Source: Blastocatellia bacterium (GTDB lineage: Bacteria; Acidobacteriota; Blastocatellia; UBA7656). From it: 51,586 nucleotides of DNA. The stretch covers positions 1 to 51,586 of the forward strand of contig JBASRM010000547.1 in assembly GCA_049273835.1 (NCBI GenBank), given 5' to 3'. The translations under genes and the position numbers were made by a program. This document shows positions 24,828 through 33,750 of this stretch, one piece after another. Each line of letters begins with the position of its first letter. The first letter of the stretch is position 1. The notes under the pieces were generated by a model that worked only from the letters and a program-made list of their open reading frames with translations, had not been told where the DNA came from and made no database searches.

Positions 24828-25955
24828 ATGACTAGCAACGGACAAAAAAGAAAGCTGATAGCCCTCGATCCCAATACAAAGAGCGGAGTCGCGGAGCAGT
24901 TTGAATCGGGGCTTCGTGCCCGAGTGATTGGGCAGGATCGAGCAATCCGCAGCATCAGCTCGCTTTATCAAGTATTTCAGGCGGGGATGACCAGCCCATC
25001 CCGTCCGATAGGCACGATGCTGTTTCTCGGTCCAACGGGATCAGGCAAGACACATGTTGTCGAGGCAGCCGCCGAAATCTTATTCGGCGATCGCAACGCT
25101 GTCATCAAGATCGACTGCTCGGAGTTTCAACACTCGCACGAGATAGCGAAACTCATAGGCTCGCCGCCCGGCTACCTCGGTCATCGCGAAACATCGCCGT
25201 TGCTGACTCAAGAGAGTCTTGAAAAATATCGGACTGAGCGCGACCCGTTTACGCTTGTTCTGTTTGACGAGATTGAGAAGGCGTCCGACTCTCTCTGGCA
25301 GTTGCTGCTCGGCGTCCTCGACAAAGCGACCCTGACTCTTGGCGATAACCGAAGGGTCGACTTCTCGCAGACGATGATATTCATGACGTCGAATCTGGGC
25401 GCAAAAGAGATGAGCGAGCTTATCACCGGCTCGATCGGGTTTGCTCCGACAAAGAGCGGAAGCATGGCCGGCGATGACCTGGACCAGAAGATATATCGCA
25501 CGGCGTCGGAGGCTGCTAAGAGGAAATTTTCGCCCGAGTTCATGAATCGAATAGACAAGGTCGTGGTCTTCCGCAGCCTCAAGCATCCGGAGCTTTGCAG
25601 TATCCTTGATCTCGAGTTGAAGTCGGTTCAACGTCGTGTTTACGACGGCGCCGGAGAGCAGTTCACCTTCTCGCTGACAGAAGGCGCGAGAGAGTTCTTG
25701 CTGGTCGAAGGAATCGAGTATCGATACGGCGCGCGGCACTTGAAACGCGCAATCGAGCGATTCCTGGTAAACCCGCTCGCGAACCTGTCAGCAACCGGGC
25801 AGGTGCGGCTTGGCGACACGGTAATTGTCGACATCAACGCTGAGACCCAGAAGCTCGCGTTTTATCGCGATGATTCCGATACTGCCAGGGCTGCCGCCGC
25901 GGTGGAGGCAATACAGGCGATGAAGGCCAATACCGATAGTCGCATCGCTGCGTAA
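24828..25955 (+). CDS. stand-alone Clp/Hsp100 D2-type AAA+ ATPase (AAA_2 plus ClpB_D2-small-like)
   Basis: RVIGQDRAIRSISSLYQVFQAGMTSPSRPIGTMLFLGPTGSGKTHVVEAAAE (Walker A), LVLFDEIEKA (Walker B), IFMTSNLG (sensor 1), YGARHLKRAIE (sensor 2). No N-domain, D1 or middle domain. Confidence 0.85.
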   Translation: MTSNGQKRKLIALDPNTKSGVAEQFESGLRARVIGQDRAIRSISSLYQVFQAGMTSPSRPIGTMLFLGPTGSGKTHVVEAAAEILFGDRNAVIKIDCSEFQHSHEIAKLIGSPPGYLGHRETSPLLTQESLEKYRTERDPFTLVLFDEIEKASDSLWQLLLGVLDKATLTLGDNRRVDFSQTMIFMTSNLGAKEMSELITGSIGFAPTKSGSMAGDDLDQKIYRTASEAAKRKFSPEFMNRIDKVVVFRSLKHPELCSILDLELKSVQRRVYDGAGEQFTFSLTEGAREFLLVEGIEYRYGARHLKRAIERFLVNPLANLSATGQVRLGDTVIVDINAETQKLAFYRDDSDTARAAAAVEAIQAMKANTDSRIAA

Positions 25956-25979
25956 CAATTCCGAAGCGAATACTCAAAT

Positions 25980-26010
25980 GGCCGGCAGTCCACACTTGCC
26001 GGCCTTTTTT
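25980..26010 (+). terminator. intrinsic terminator after the Clp-like ATPase gene
   Basis: ggccggca / tgccggcc 8-bp stem with 9-nt loop, followed by TTTTTT. Confidence 0.75.
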
Positions 26011-26105
26011 GTGCTCGAACGAGAAGTTCTTCAAGCAGGATTGATCTCGTGACTCCTGCAGATACGCCAGGAAACATCCTTCGGCCGGCCGGCAGGAGAA
26101 GGCCG

Positions 26106-28247
26106 TTACCCGACGGCAGCCAGACCGAACTTCGGTTCCAGACGAACAGCTTCGACAAGCCTGGCGGTTTCTCGAGAATTGCGGCGTGCCGTCAGCATAT
26201 GCTCCGCCTCGCGCTTGGCAGCCTCGAGCAGTACATAGTCTCGTATGATGTTGCCCACTCGGAATGCGGGCAAGCCTGATTGCCGAGTGCCCATCACCTC
26301 GCCGGGCCCGCGTATTTCCAAATCCTTCTCCGCGATTTTAAAGCCGTCGTTGGTCTCTTCCATTATGGCCAGCCGTTCGCGGGCTTCGTGCGAGCGCTTG
26401 TCGCCCGCCAGCAATATGCAGTAAGCCTGCTCATCCCCGCGGCCGACTCGTCCCCGCAGTTGATGGAGTTGAGAAAGCCCGAATCGTTCGGCGTGCTCGA
26501 CGATCATTATGCTCGCGTTCGGCACGTCAACGCCGACTTCGATCACGGTGGTTGACACCAGAATGTGAATCGCTCCATTCCGGAACTCATCCATCACGGC
26601 GTCCTTCCCTTCCTGCTTCATCCGCCCATGAACCAATCCGACTCTTAAGCTGGGAAAGACGGAGGTCTGCAGGTGCTCAGCCATCTGAGTTGCGTTTAAC
26701 AGATCGAGTTTTTCTGACTCTTCCACCAGCGGGTAGACTATGTAGGCCTGGGCACCCTCGTGTATCTTCTGGCCCACGAATTGGTAGATCTTCCGCCGCG
26801 CTTCCTCGCCTCGGACCCGAGTGATCACCGGTTTTCTTCCCGGCGGCATTTCGTCGATGATCGACAAGTCCAGATCACCATATACGCTCATAACCAGCGA
26901 CCTCGGAATAGGTGTGGCAGTCATCACCAGCACATCGGGGTTGTATCCGCGGTTGATCAGCCCCGCGCGCTGGAGCACACCGAAACGGTGCTGCTCATCG
27001 ATAACTACAAATCCCAGCTTATGAAATTTGACTGTTTCTTGAATCAGCGCGTGTGTACCTATGACCAGATCAATTTCGCCAGCTTCAATGTCCGCGTGAA
27101 GCTGGCGCTTGCGGGCAGTCGAAAGCGATCCGGTGAGAAGCTCGACTCGATAGGGTGTCGCGGCCAGCATTTGTTTTACGTTTCGTGCGTGTTGTTCGCC
27201 CAGAATCTCGGTCGGCACCATTATCGCCGCTTGATAACCGTTTTCGATCGCGACGATCGCCGCTTGAACGGCGACGATCGTTTTCCCGGAGCCGACGTCG
27301 CCTTGGAGCAGACGGTTCATGGGTTTTGCGCTGGTCATATCGGCGACGATTTCGCGCAGCACCCGCTTTTGGGCGTTGGTGGGCTTGAACGGCAGCACCG
27401 CTCGAACGGCGTCACGTAAACGGTCGTTAACTTCTATGACGGTCCCCTTCGGCGACTCCTCGCGTCCCTGCCGGCGCAACCCCATCGCCAGCGACAACCA
27501 AAAGAACTCCTCAAAGATCAATCTCTGATGAGCTGGAGACTCGAACTTGTTGTAGTCGTCGAGCGGGGCGTCGTCCGCTGGAAAGTGAATCTGCCGCAAC
27601 GCAGCTGCCGCCGGTATCAGCTTGTTGCGGGTGACGACTTCCCTTGGAATGCGCTCTTCAATCTCGGAAGCGTCAAGCCTCTCCAGGACGTGATGCACAA
27701 TCGAGCGAAGCTGCTTCGTCCGCATTTCACCGACTTTGCGATAAACCGGAACCCTGCGTCCTGTGTGAATGGGGTCCGCATCATCGTCATCCAAAGTGAA
27801 CTCGTATTCCGGATTCTCAACTTCGTAGAAGCCGCGGCGGCTGCGCTTCCACTGGCCATAGAGCAACACCCGCCGCCCTTGCTTGAATGAATTCTGAAGA
27901 TAACCCTGATTCCACCAGAACGCCCGCACCTGGCCGGTTTGATCCGTGCCGGAGATTTCGAAAATGCGAAGCCTGCCGCCCTTAACCGCATATGTCCCGG
28001 AGATTCTCACCTCAGCCTCGATGGTAGCCCACATTCCGTTTTGCAAGTCGCGTATGTGCGCAAGATTCGACCGGTCTTCGTAGCGCATTGGCAGGTTGTG
28101 AATCAAATCGTCCACCGTCACTTGATGCGCGGTGGTGGCGGGGGTTGAAGAGGCCACACCCTCCGCCAGCTTTTGTGCGGTTTTCATTGCCACGCGCGGA
28201 ATCTCATGAAGATGCAATTCGTATAGTGGGGTTGTCAGTTTGATCAA
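26106..28247 (-). CDS. recG: ATP-dependent DNA helicase RecG
   Basis: 713 aa. Wedge domain followed by SF2 helicase motifs LLQGDVGSGKT, VVIDEQHRFGV, MTATPIPR, QLHQLRGRVGRG. Confidence 0.93.
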   Translation of the reverse strand: MIKLTTPLYELHLHEIPRVAMKTAQKLAEGVASSTPATTAHQVTVDDLIHNLPMRYEDRSNLAHIRDLQNGMWATIEAEVRISGTYAVKGGRLRIFEISGTDQTGQVRAFWWNQGYLQNSFKQGRRVLLYGQWKRSRRGFYEVENPEYEFTLDDDDADPIHTGRRVPVYRKVGEMRTKQLRSIVHHVLERLDASEIEERIPREVVTRNKLIPAAAALRQIHFPADDAPLDDYNKFESPAHQRLIFEEFFWLSLAMGLRRQGREESPKGTVIEVNDRLRDAVRAVLPFKPTNAQKRVLREIVADMTSAKPMNRLLQGDVGSGKTIVAVQAAIVAIENGYQAAIMVPTEILGEQHARNVKQMLAATPYRVELLTGSLSTARKRQLHADIEAGEIDLVIGTHALIQETVKFHKLGFVVIDEQHRFGVLQRAGLINRGYNPDVLVMTATPIPRSLVMSVYGDLDLSIIDEMPPGRKPVITRVRGEEARRKIYQFVGQKIHEGAQAYIVYPLVEESEKLDLLNATQMAEHLQTSVFPSLRVGLVHGRMKQEGKDAVMDEFRNGAIHILVSTTVIEVGVDVPNASIMIVEHAERFGLSQLHQLRGRVGRGDEQAYCILLAGDKRSHEARERLAIMEETNDGFKIAEKDLEIRGPGEVMGTRQSGLPAFRVGNIIRDYVLLEAAKREAEHMLTARRNSRETARLVEAVRLEPKFGLAAVG

Positions 28248-28405
28248 GATGATGGCCTCGGGACGAAGTTCCCAGGTTCATCGGAATAGTAGGCGAGCGT
28301 CACAACCAGGGTCAACAACGATCGCCGCGAAGGCTTAAGAACCGTCAGCGTGCGTGCCGGAAGCCGCCCTATAAGATTTCCGGATGGGTTGGTAGAATCA
28401 CGACC

Positions 28406-29803
28406 ATGCTTAAGAAACTATTGATCGCCCCGGCGCTAGTGATGTTGCTATCCGTTTTCGCCGCCGCCGCAACACCGACAATGCGGCTTGATTACTATCA
28501 CACGGGCAACGCTTCGCAAGAGATGTTCAGCATCGACCGCGTGGTCATTGAGCCGCTCCCCTGGCCCGGCAACCCGAGTAAGAACATCGACGAAACAAAC
28601 CTGGGGAAATACCTGTTCGAGGTCAGAGAACGAACGACGAATCACCTTCTGTATTCGCGCGGGTTCGCTTCGATCTACGGGGAGTGGGAGACCACCGATG
28701 AAGCCAAGAGCGCGAATCGCACCTTTCACGAATCGCTCCGATTCCCAGCGCCTCAGTCAGCGGTCCAAATCGTGTTAAAAAAACGCGACGCGAATAATGC
28801 GTTTCGCGAGATATGGTCTACGATCGTCGATCCGAAAGACATTTTTATCGACACGTCAAAACTCGCGTCTCCGGGTCCGTTGATCGAGATTCAGAAGAGC
28901 GGCGACCCGGCTGACAAGGTCGATTTCTTGATTCTTGGTGACGGCTACACGACCGCGGAACGAGGTAAGTTTGAAAAGGATGCCCGCCGGCTGGTCGAGA
29001 TCCTGTTTGGGGCTTCTCCTTACAAAGAACATCGAAGCGACTTCAACGTGTGGGCGCTGTGCCCCGCGGCCCAGCAGTCGGGGGTCTCGCGACCGTCAAC
29101 CGGGGTTCATCGAGCCTCACCGCTGGGCGCAACCTATGATGCGTTCGGATCCGAGCGATACGTTTTGACCTTTGAGAATAAGGCGCTTCGCAACATCGCC
29201 GGTTTTGCGCCCTACGAGTTCATTGAGATCATAACCAACTCGCGGACTTACGGCGGTGGTGGAATCTTCGGCTTGTACAGCACGGTTGCCGCCGACAGCG
29301 AGCAGGCGCCATATGTTTTCGTTCACGAGTTCGGGCATCACTTCGCCGGTCTTGCTGATGAATATTACACGTCGCCGGTCGCGTATCTTCCGGTCACGAT
29401 ACGTACTGAGCCGTGGGAGCCCAACGCTACCGCACTACTGGATCCGGCAAACTTGAAGTGGAAGGATTTGGTAAAGCAGGGCACGCCGATTCCCACGCCT
29501 TGGCAGAAGGAAGAATACGAGACCCACTCGCGCGAATACTCGATTCGACGCGCAAAGATTCGAGCGGATAATCGGCCCGAGTCGGAGATGGAGGCGCTTT
29601 TTCGCGAGAACCGCGAATGGGAAATAAAGTTCTTCGCGGCCGAAAAATACGCAGGCAAGGTCGGAGCTTTTGAAGGGGCGATGTACGAAGCCAAGGGTTA
29701 CTACCGGCCGGAGGTGGATTGCATTATGTTCACTCGAAGCCAGTCGTTTTGTGCAGTTTGCCGGCGAGGGATAAATCGGGTGATCGGGCTTTACACGCGC
29801 TAG
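28406..29803 (+). CDS. M64-family (IgA-peptidase-like) zinc metallopeptidase, secreted
   Basis: Signal peptide MLKKLLIAPALVMLLSVFAAAA. GGGGIFGLYSTVAAD...VFVHEFGHHFAGLADEY (HExxH). Confidence 0.85.
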   Translation: MLKKLLIAPALVMLLSVFAAAATPTMRLDYYHTGNASQEMFSIDRVVIEPLPWPGNPSKNIDETNLGKYLFEVRERTTNHLLYSRGFASIYGEWETTDEAKSANRTFHESLRFPAPQSAVQIVLKKRDANNAFREIWSTIVDPKDIFIDTSKLASPGPLIEIQKSGDPADKVDFLILGDGYTTAERGKFEKDARRLVEILFGASPYKEHRSDFNVWALCPAAQQSGVSRPSTGVHRASPLGATYDAFGSERYVLTFENKALRNIAGFAPYEFIEIITNSRTYGGGGIFGLYSTVAADSEQAPYVFVHEFGHHFAGLADEYYTSPVAYLPVTIRTEPWEPNATALLDPANLKWKDLVKQGTPIPTPWQKEEYETHSREYSIRRAKIRADNRPESEMEALFRENREWEIKFFAAEKYAGKVGAFEGAMYEAKGYYRPEVDCIMFTRSQSFCAVCRRGINRVIGLYTR

Positions 29804-29890
29804 TCGGAACTGAAACCCTCGAGACAGGGAGGAAAATTGAAACTTTCTGTCTGGGCGGTCTTTGCGAGACTTGGCGATCTTTGCGAAACG

Positions 29891-30003
29891 AGCCTTAAAT
29901 GCGACGGCGAGATTTCAGGTTTCACAGATTCTTAGCGCCTGCAAACCGAAACCAGCCTTAATACGACGGCGAGATTTCAGGCTTCGCAGATTTCAGGTTT
30001 CGC
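29891..30003. repeat. short direct repeats in a 3'-3' intergenic region
   Basis: agccttaaatgcgacggcgagatttcaggtttc (29891-29923) and agccttaatacgacggcgagatttcaggcttc (29954-29985), plus a third partial agatttcaggtttc (29988-30001). Upstream pair tctttgcgaRac at about 29859 and 29877. Confidence 0.7.
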
Positions 30004-30005
30004 GC

Positions 30006-30041
30006 AAAAGAGCAGCCATCGAATGCTGGCTGCTCTTTTTT
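30006..30041. terminator. strong bidirectional intrinsic terminator between the M64 peptidase and TonB-dependent receptor genes
   Basis: aaaagagcagcca-loop-tggctgctctttttt. 10-13-bp stem with an A-run upstream and a T-run downstream, so it can serve both convergent genes. Confidence 0.8.
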
Positions 30042-30055
30042 CGAGGTGTCCGAAA

Positions 30056-33000
30056 CTAAAAGCCGAATTTCAATCCAAACTGAATCTCCCTTGCGCGGCG
30101 CGTCGAGAACACTTGCCCAAACTGCGGATTTGAACTCTGCTTTACCAGGTTCTCCACGCTATTGAATGCCGGATCGGTAGGCAGCAGATTCGGCACAGTC
30201 TGGAAAATGTCGTTGATCGTGGTGTTGTTGAACACGTTGAAGAACTCAGCCCGAAATTGAATTCGATACCTCTCCGCGACATGCCAGTTCTTGGCGATGT
30301 TCAGATCGGTGCCGCGGAAGGTCGGGAACCGAAACGGCGAGCGGCCTGACGTCCCGATCTCGCCCACCCCGGTCGGTATGAACGCCAGCGGGTTGATGTA
30401 GTACGGCACCGTGGTTCCGGGGACTCCGACTGGCACGTTCTCGAACGGATCGCTCACCTGATTTGGCCGAGTGCCTCGCGGACCGGGTCCGGTTGCCTGA
30501 ACCACGCGGTTCAACGGCAACCCCGTTTGCACGGTGGTTATCCCTGAGATCTGCCAACCCCCGAAGATCTGATTAACCACGGGTCTCGCGAGGAAGCCAT
30601 CCTTGGGATAGGGTACTTCGTAGACGTAACTGGCTTTGAAGACGTGCGTGCGGTCGAATCGCGCGACCGCTCGTTCGATCGCGAAGTTGTTGCGCACCTG
30701 CGGAATATCTATGGTGTCCCTATCGTTTGTCGAATCGGTCAGGTTCTTCGACCACGTGTAAGACAACTGGGCGGACAACCCTTTGACGTTCTGAATTCTC
30801 AACGCGCTGATCAGCGCGTGATATCGAAAGGTCGCCGTAGTCTGCCGGTCGGTGATCGTCGTGTAGCCCCTGAACGGACGTGCAAGGTTTATGCAGTTGT
30901 TCGGGTTGTTCGAAGCGTTTAGCGCTGGATCGCAACCCGCAACGCCCTTCGCCGCCGCCAGGATTTCCTGAGGCGTCGGCGCGTTGATGTCAACCGGCCG
31001 AGTTTGATGGTTCCCGCCAGATCCCAAATATCCGATCTCAAACGCCGTCGCCTTGCCGATCTGCCGCTGAATGGTAAGGTTCCACTGCTGAGTGATCGGC
31101 GTTATGAATGGGCTGGTGGTCGTTATGAGCGCACGCGGCGCCAGGGTGCCTGGCGGCGCTCCGGCTGCCGGATTGTCATAAGTGATCGGCGCGGCGATAG
31201 TACCGGTTAGACTCACCGTGTTCACAAAGGGCGGATTGGTGAATGTGTTCTCCTCCAGTGTGCCGCCTAAGACCTGATCGTAGTAGATACCGTACCCGCC
31301 TCGGATAACCATCTGGTCTCGCCCGCCGGTAAGCCTTGCAACGAGCCCGCTACCGGCTGAAGGACTCCAGGCGAATCCAACCCGCGGGCCGAAGTTGTTC
31401 TTGTCCAACTGTTGAATCCTTCTGCCGAACGGGGAATTCCTGTTGGCAATCACGATCCCGTTCAGAACATCCCCTACTCCTTTCACGAGCTGGGTACCGG
31501 TGGCATTCGCAAAAGGCGGTGCGTTGGCTGCCACGTAGTTTTCAGGAAAAAATGCAGTAAGCACGTCGTCGGCGTCAACCGGAGTGCGAAACAGTTGATA
31601 TCGCAACCCGTAGTCGAGCTGAAGATTCGGTTTTGCCTTCCAGGTGTCCTGCGCGTAGAACTCGGTTCTTCCAAACCGGAGTTGATTTGTAACGTCGACC
31701 TCACTTTCGGAGTATGCGCTTGCTCGGCCGAGCAGAAAATCGGCTAACGGTCTTCCGCTTCCCGACACGCCGCTCCTAGCAGTCTGCGAACCGTTGAAGC
31801 TGAATGCCCCCTGGGTTGCATTCGCCGCGTTTTCATTTTTTCGCTCCCAGCTCATGTCTACGCCGAACTTCATCGTGTGCGGACCTCGAACCCAGGTGAG
31901 ATTGTCCTTGGGATTGAAGTTCTTGTAGTGGATCCCGATGATCTGCCCGGAGCCAAGCGACGAGAAGCCGGTGATGTTGATAGTGGGGGGTAAGTCGGAG
32001 TTGTTTTGCGGGAACAATTCCTTGCTCGGTATGGTTACATTTTGTTTTGTCCATTGCCCCACAAGGTCGTCGGTGATGTCGTTGCCGGAATAGGCGAATG
32101 TCGCTTCGTTTACGATGCTCGTTCCAAAAGTGCTGATAAGCGAGACCGAAAAGACCTGACCCGGGACGTTGGTCTTGGTAGTGGCGATGTTTGGAATCTG
32201 AAACGTCCTGCCCTGAAACAAACCGCCCGGCTCCTGAGTGAAGCTCAGATCGTGAGTGTACCGGCCGGTGAGCTGATGCATGGAGCTAATGCCATGGTCA
32301 ATCCGCAGAGTCTCCTGCCGTGTGTTGTTGATCCCAGGAGCAAGCGCCAGTATGCGATTTGGATCTATTCCAGGGGTCGTCGAAGGTAACGTCGGCTCGG
32401 GGAAGAGTTTCAGTATCGCCAATGCCGTCGGATCCAATCTGTTTGCGGGAATCTGTCTGTCGGTGAACTCATTGCCAGTTACTGGATCGAACAGCCTTCC
32501 TGTTGCCTGCGAAAAATCGCCGCGACGCTCGCGAAGTGTCGGTACCGTTACGAAGTTCTCGGCGGGCTGCCGGATGATACGCCTCCATTCCTGCGAGAAG
32601 AAGAAAAACGTTTTGTCGTGCCCACGCGAGTAGATGCGCGGTATCCAAATCGGGCCGCTGAATGTGTAGCCGAAATTGTTGTAGCGGAGTACGGACCGCG
32701 GGGTGCGTTCTTCGCCGCACGTTTTTCCAATCGGCGCCACCTCGCCGAGATCGCAAAAGCGCCCGGCTGCGTTGCCCAGAAAGCTGTTGGCGTTGAACGC
32801 GTCATTGCGCAGGAACTCATAAAGGCCCCCGTGAAATTCGCGTCCGCCTCCGCGGGTGATCACGTTTACAACTCCGCCCGATGCCCGGCCGAATTCGGCG
32901 GTCGGGACAGATGTGATTACTTTGAACTCCTGGATCGAATCGACTGTGGGCATGGAAAGCAAAGTGATGTTCGACCCCACATCGACGTTCGCAACTCCAT

Positions 33001-33589
33001 CGACAAGGTAGTTGGTCGAGTTGCGACGGTTTCCGCCGATCAGGATGGTGGTTAGATTGGTCAGGCCGATTCCAGCTTCTGCCGTTTCATCCGTGGTAAC
33101 TCCGGGAACCAGCGTGACCAGCTGGAGGAAGCTGCGATTGTTGAGCGGTATCTCGACCACTTTCCGATTCTCGATCACATCGCCGACCGTCGGCGAAGAT
33201 TGTACAACCGGGGCATCGGCGGTGACCGTCACCTGCTCGCTGAGCGCACCCGGCTCGAGCTGGATGTTGATCGTTTTTCGGTCGTTTACCAACATCTCAA
33301 CGCTTTTATTGACATACTCCTTGAAGCCCTGCACCTTGACCGAAATATCATAGATACCGGGCGGGATTGAGGGCAGCGTGTAGTATCCGTCTTCGGCTGA
33401 CTTGGTCTTGCGCTCCTCCCGGGTGCTGGCGCTGGTAATTGTGATATCGGCGTCGCCGATTGCAGCCCCGGCAGTGTCGGTTATCTGGCCGGTAATAGTA
33501 GCCGTTGTTTCCTGCGCGATCCCGTTTGTGGCAGAGATTTGAAACAACAGCGCCGAGGCCAGAACGATTGCAGATAGTCGATGCCTCAT
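30056..33589 (-). CDS. TonB-dependent outer-membrane receptor with N-terminal CarboxypepD_reg domain
   Basis: Signal peptide. ITGQITDTAGAAIGDADITI...GIYDISVKVQGFKEY (CarboxypepD_reg). Plug region, long beta-barrel, terminal ...FGLKFGF. AGGAGG SD. Confidence 0.9.
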   Translation of the reverse strand: MRHRLSAIVLASALLFQISATNGIAQETTATITGQITDTAGAAIGDADITITSASTREERKTKSAEDGYYTLPSIPPGIYDISVKVQGFKEYVNKSVEMLVNDRKTINIQLEPGALSEQVTVTADAPVVQSSPTVGDVIENRKVVEIPLNNRSFLQLVTLVPGVTTDETAEAGIGLTNLTTILIGGNRRNSTNYLVDGVANVDVGSNITLLSMPTVDSIQEFKVITSVPTAEFGRASGGVVNVITRGGGREFHGGLYEFLRNDAFNANSFLGNAAGRFCDLGEVAPIGKTCGEERTPRSVLRYNNFGYTFSGPIWIPRIYSRGHDKTFFFFSQEWRRIIRQPAENFVTVPTLRERRGDFSQATGRLFDPVTGNEFTDRQIPANRLDPTALAILKLFPEPTLPSTTPGIDPNRILALAPGINNTRQETLRIDHGISSMHQLTGRYTHDLSFTQEPGGLFQGRTFQIPNIATTKTNVPGQVFSVSLISTFGTSIVNEATFAYSGNDITDDLVGQWTKQNVTIPSKELFPQNNSDLPPTINITGFSSLGSGQIIGIHYKNFNPKDNLTWVRGPHTMKFGVDMSWERKNENAANATQGAFSFNGSQTARSGVSGSGRPLADFLLGRASAYSESEVDVTNQLRFGRTEFYAQDTWKAKPNLQLDYGLRYQLFRTPVDADDVLTAFFPENYVAANAPPFANATGTQLVKGVGDVLNGIVIANRNSPFGRRIQQLDKNNFGPRVGFAWSPSAGSGLVARLTGGRDQMVIRGGYGIYYDQVLGGTLEENTFTNPPFVNTVSLTGTIAAPITYDNPAAGAPPGTLAPRALITTTSPFITPITQQWNLTIQRQIGKATAFEIGYLGSGGNHQTRPVDINAPTPQEILAAAKGVAGCDPALNASNNPNNCINLARPFRGYTTITDRQTTATFRYHALISALRIQNVKGLSAQLSYTWSKNLTDSTNDRDTIDIPQVRNNFAIERAVARFDRTHVFKASYVYEVPYPKDGFLARPVVNQIFGGWQISGITTVQTGLPLNRVVQATGPGPRGTRPNQVSDPFENVPVGVPGTTVPYYINPLAFIPTGVGEIGTSGRSPFRFPTFRGTDLNIAKNWHVAERYRIQFRAEFFNVFNNTTINDIFQTVPNLLPTDPAFNSVENLVKQSSNPQFGQVFSTRRAREIQFGLKFGF

Positions 33590-33750
33590 TGTTGAGTACC
33601 TCCTAGAGTAATGCGGAAACCTCGGTCGATGGCGTTCGACCAGGCAAAAAGATTGCGTTTCCCACTGGGTTTCGTAGGGGACGCCCCACTTTTAAAGGAA
33701 TCTGCGTCTCTTTGGTGCGGCTTCGTGCCGTGAGTCGCACTCAAAAACAA

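Noticed and set aside
29862-30059. 65-aa plus-strand ORF across the repeat/terminator region
   Set aside because: It runs through the direct repeats and the terminator hairpin. The basic, repetitive translation (RRRDFRLRRFQVSRKR) reflects the DNA repeats.
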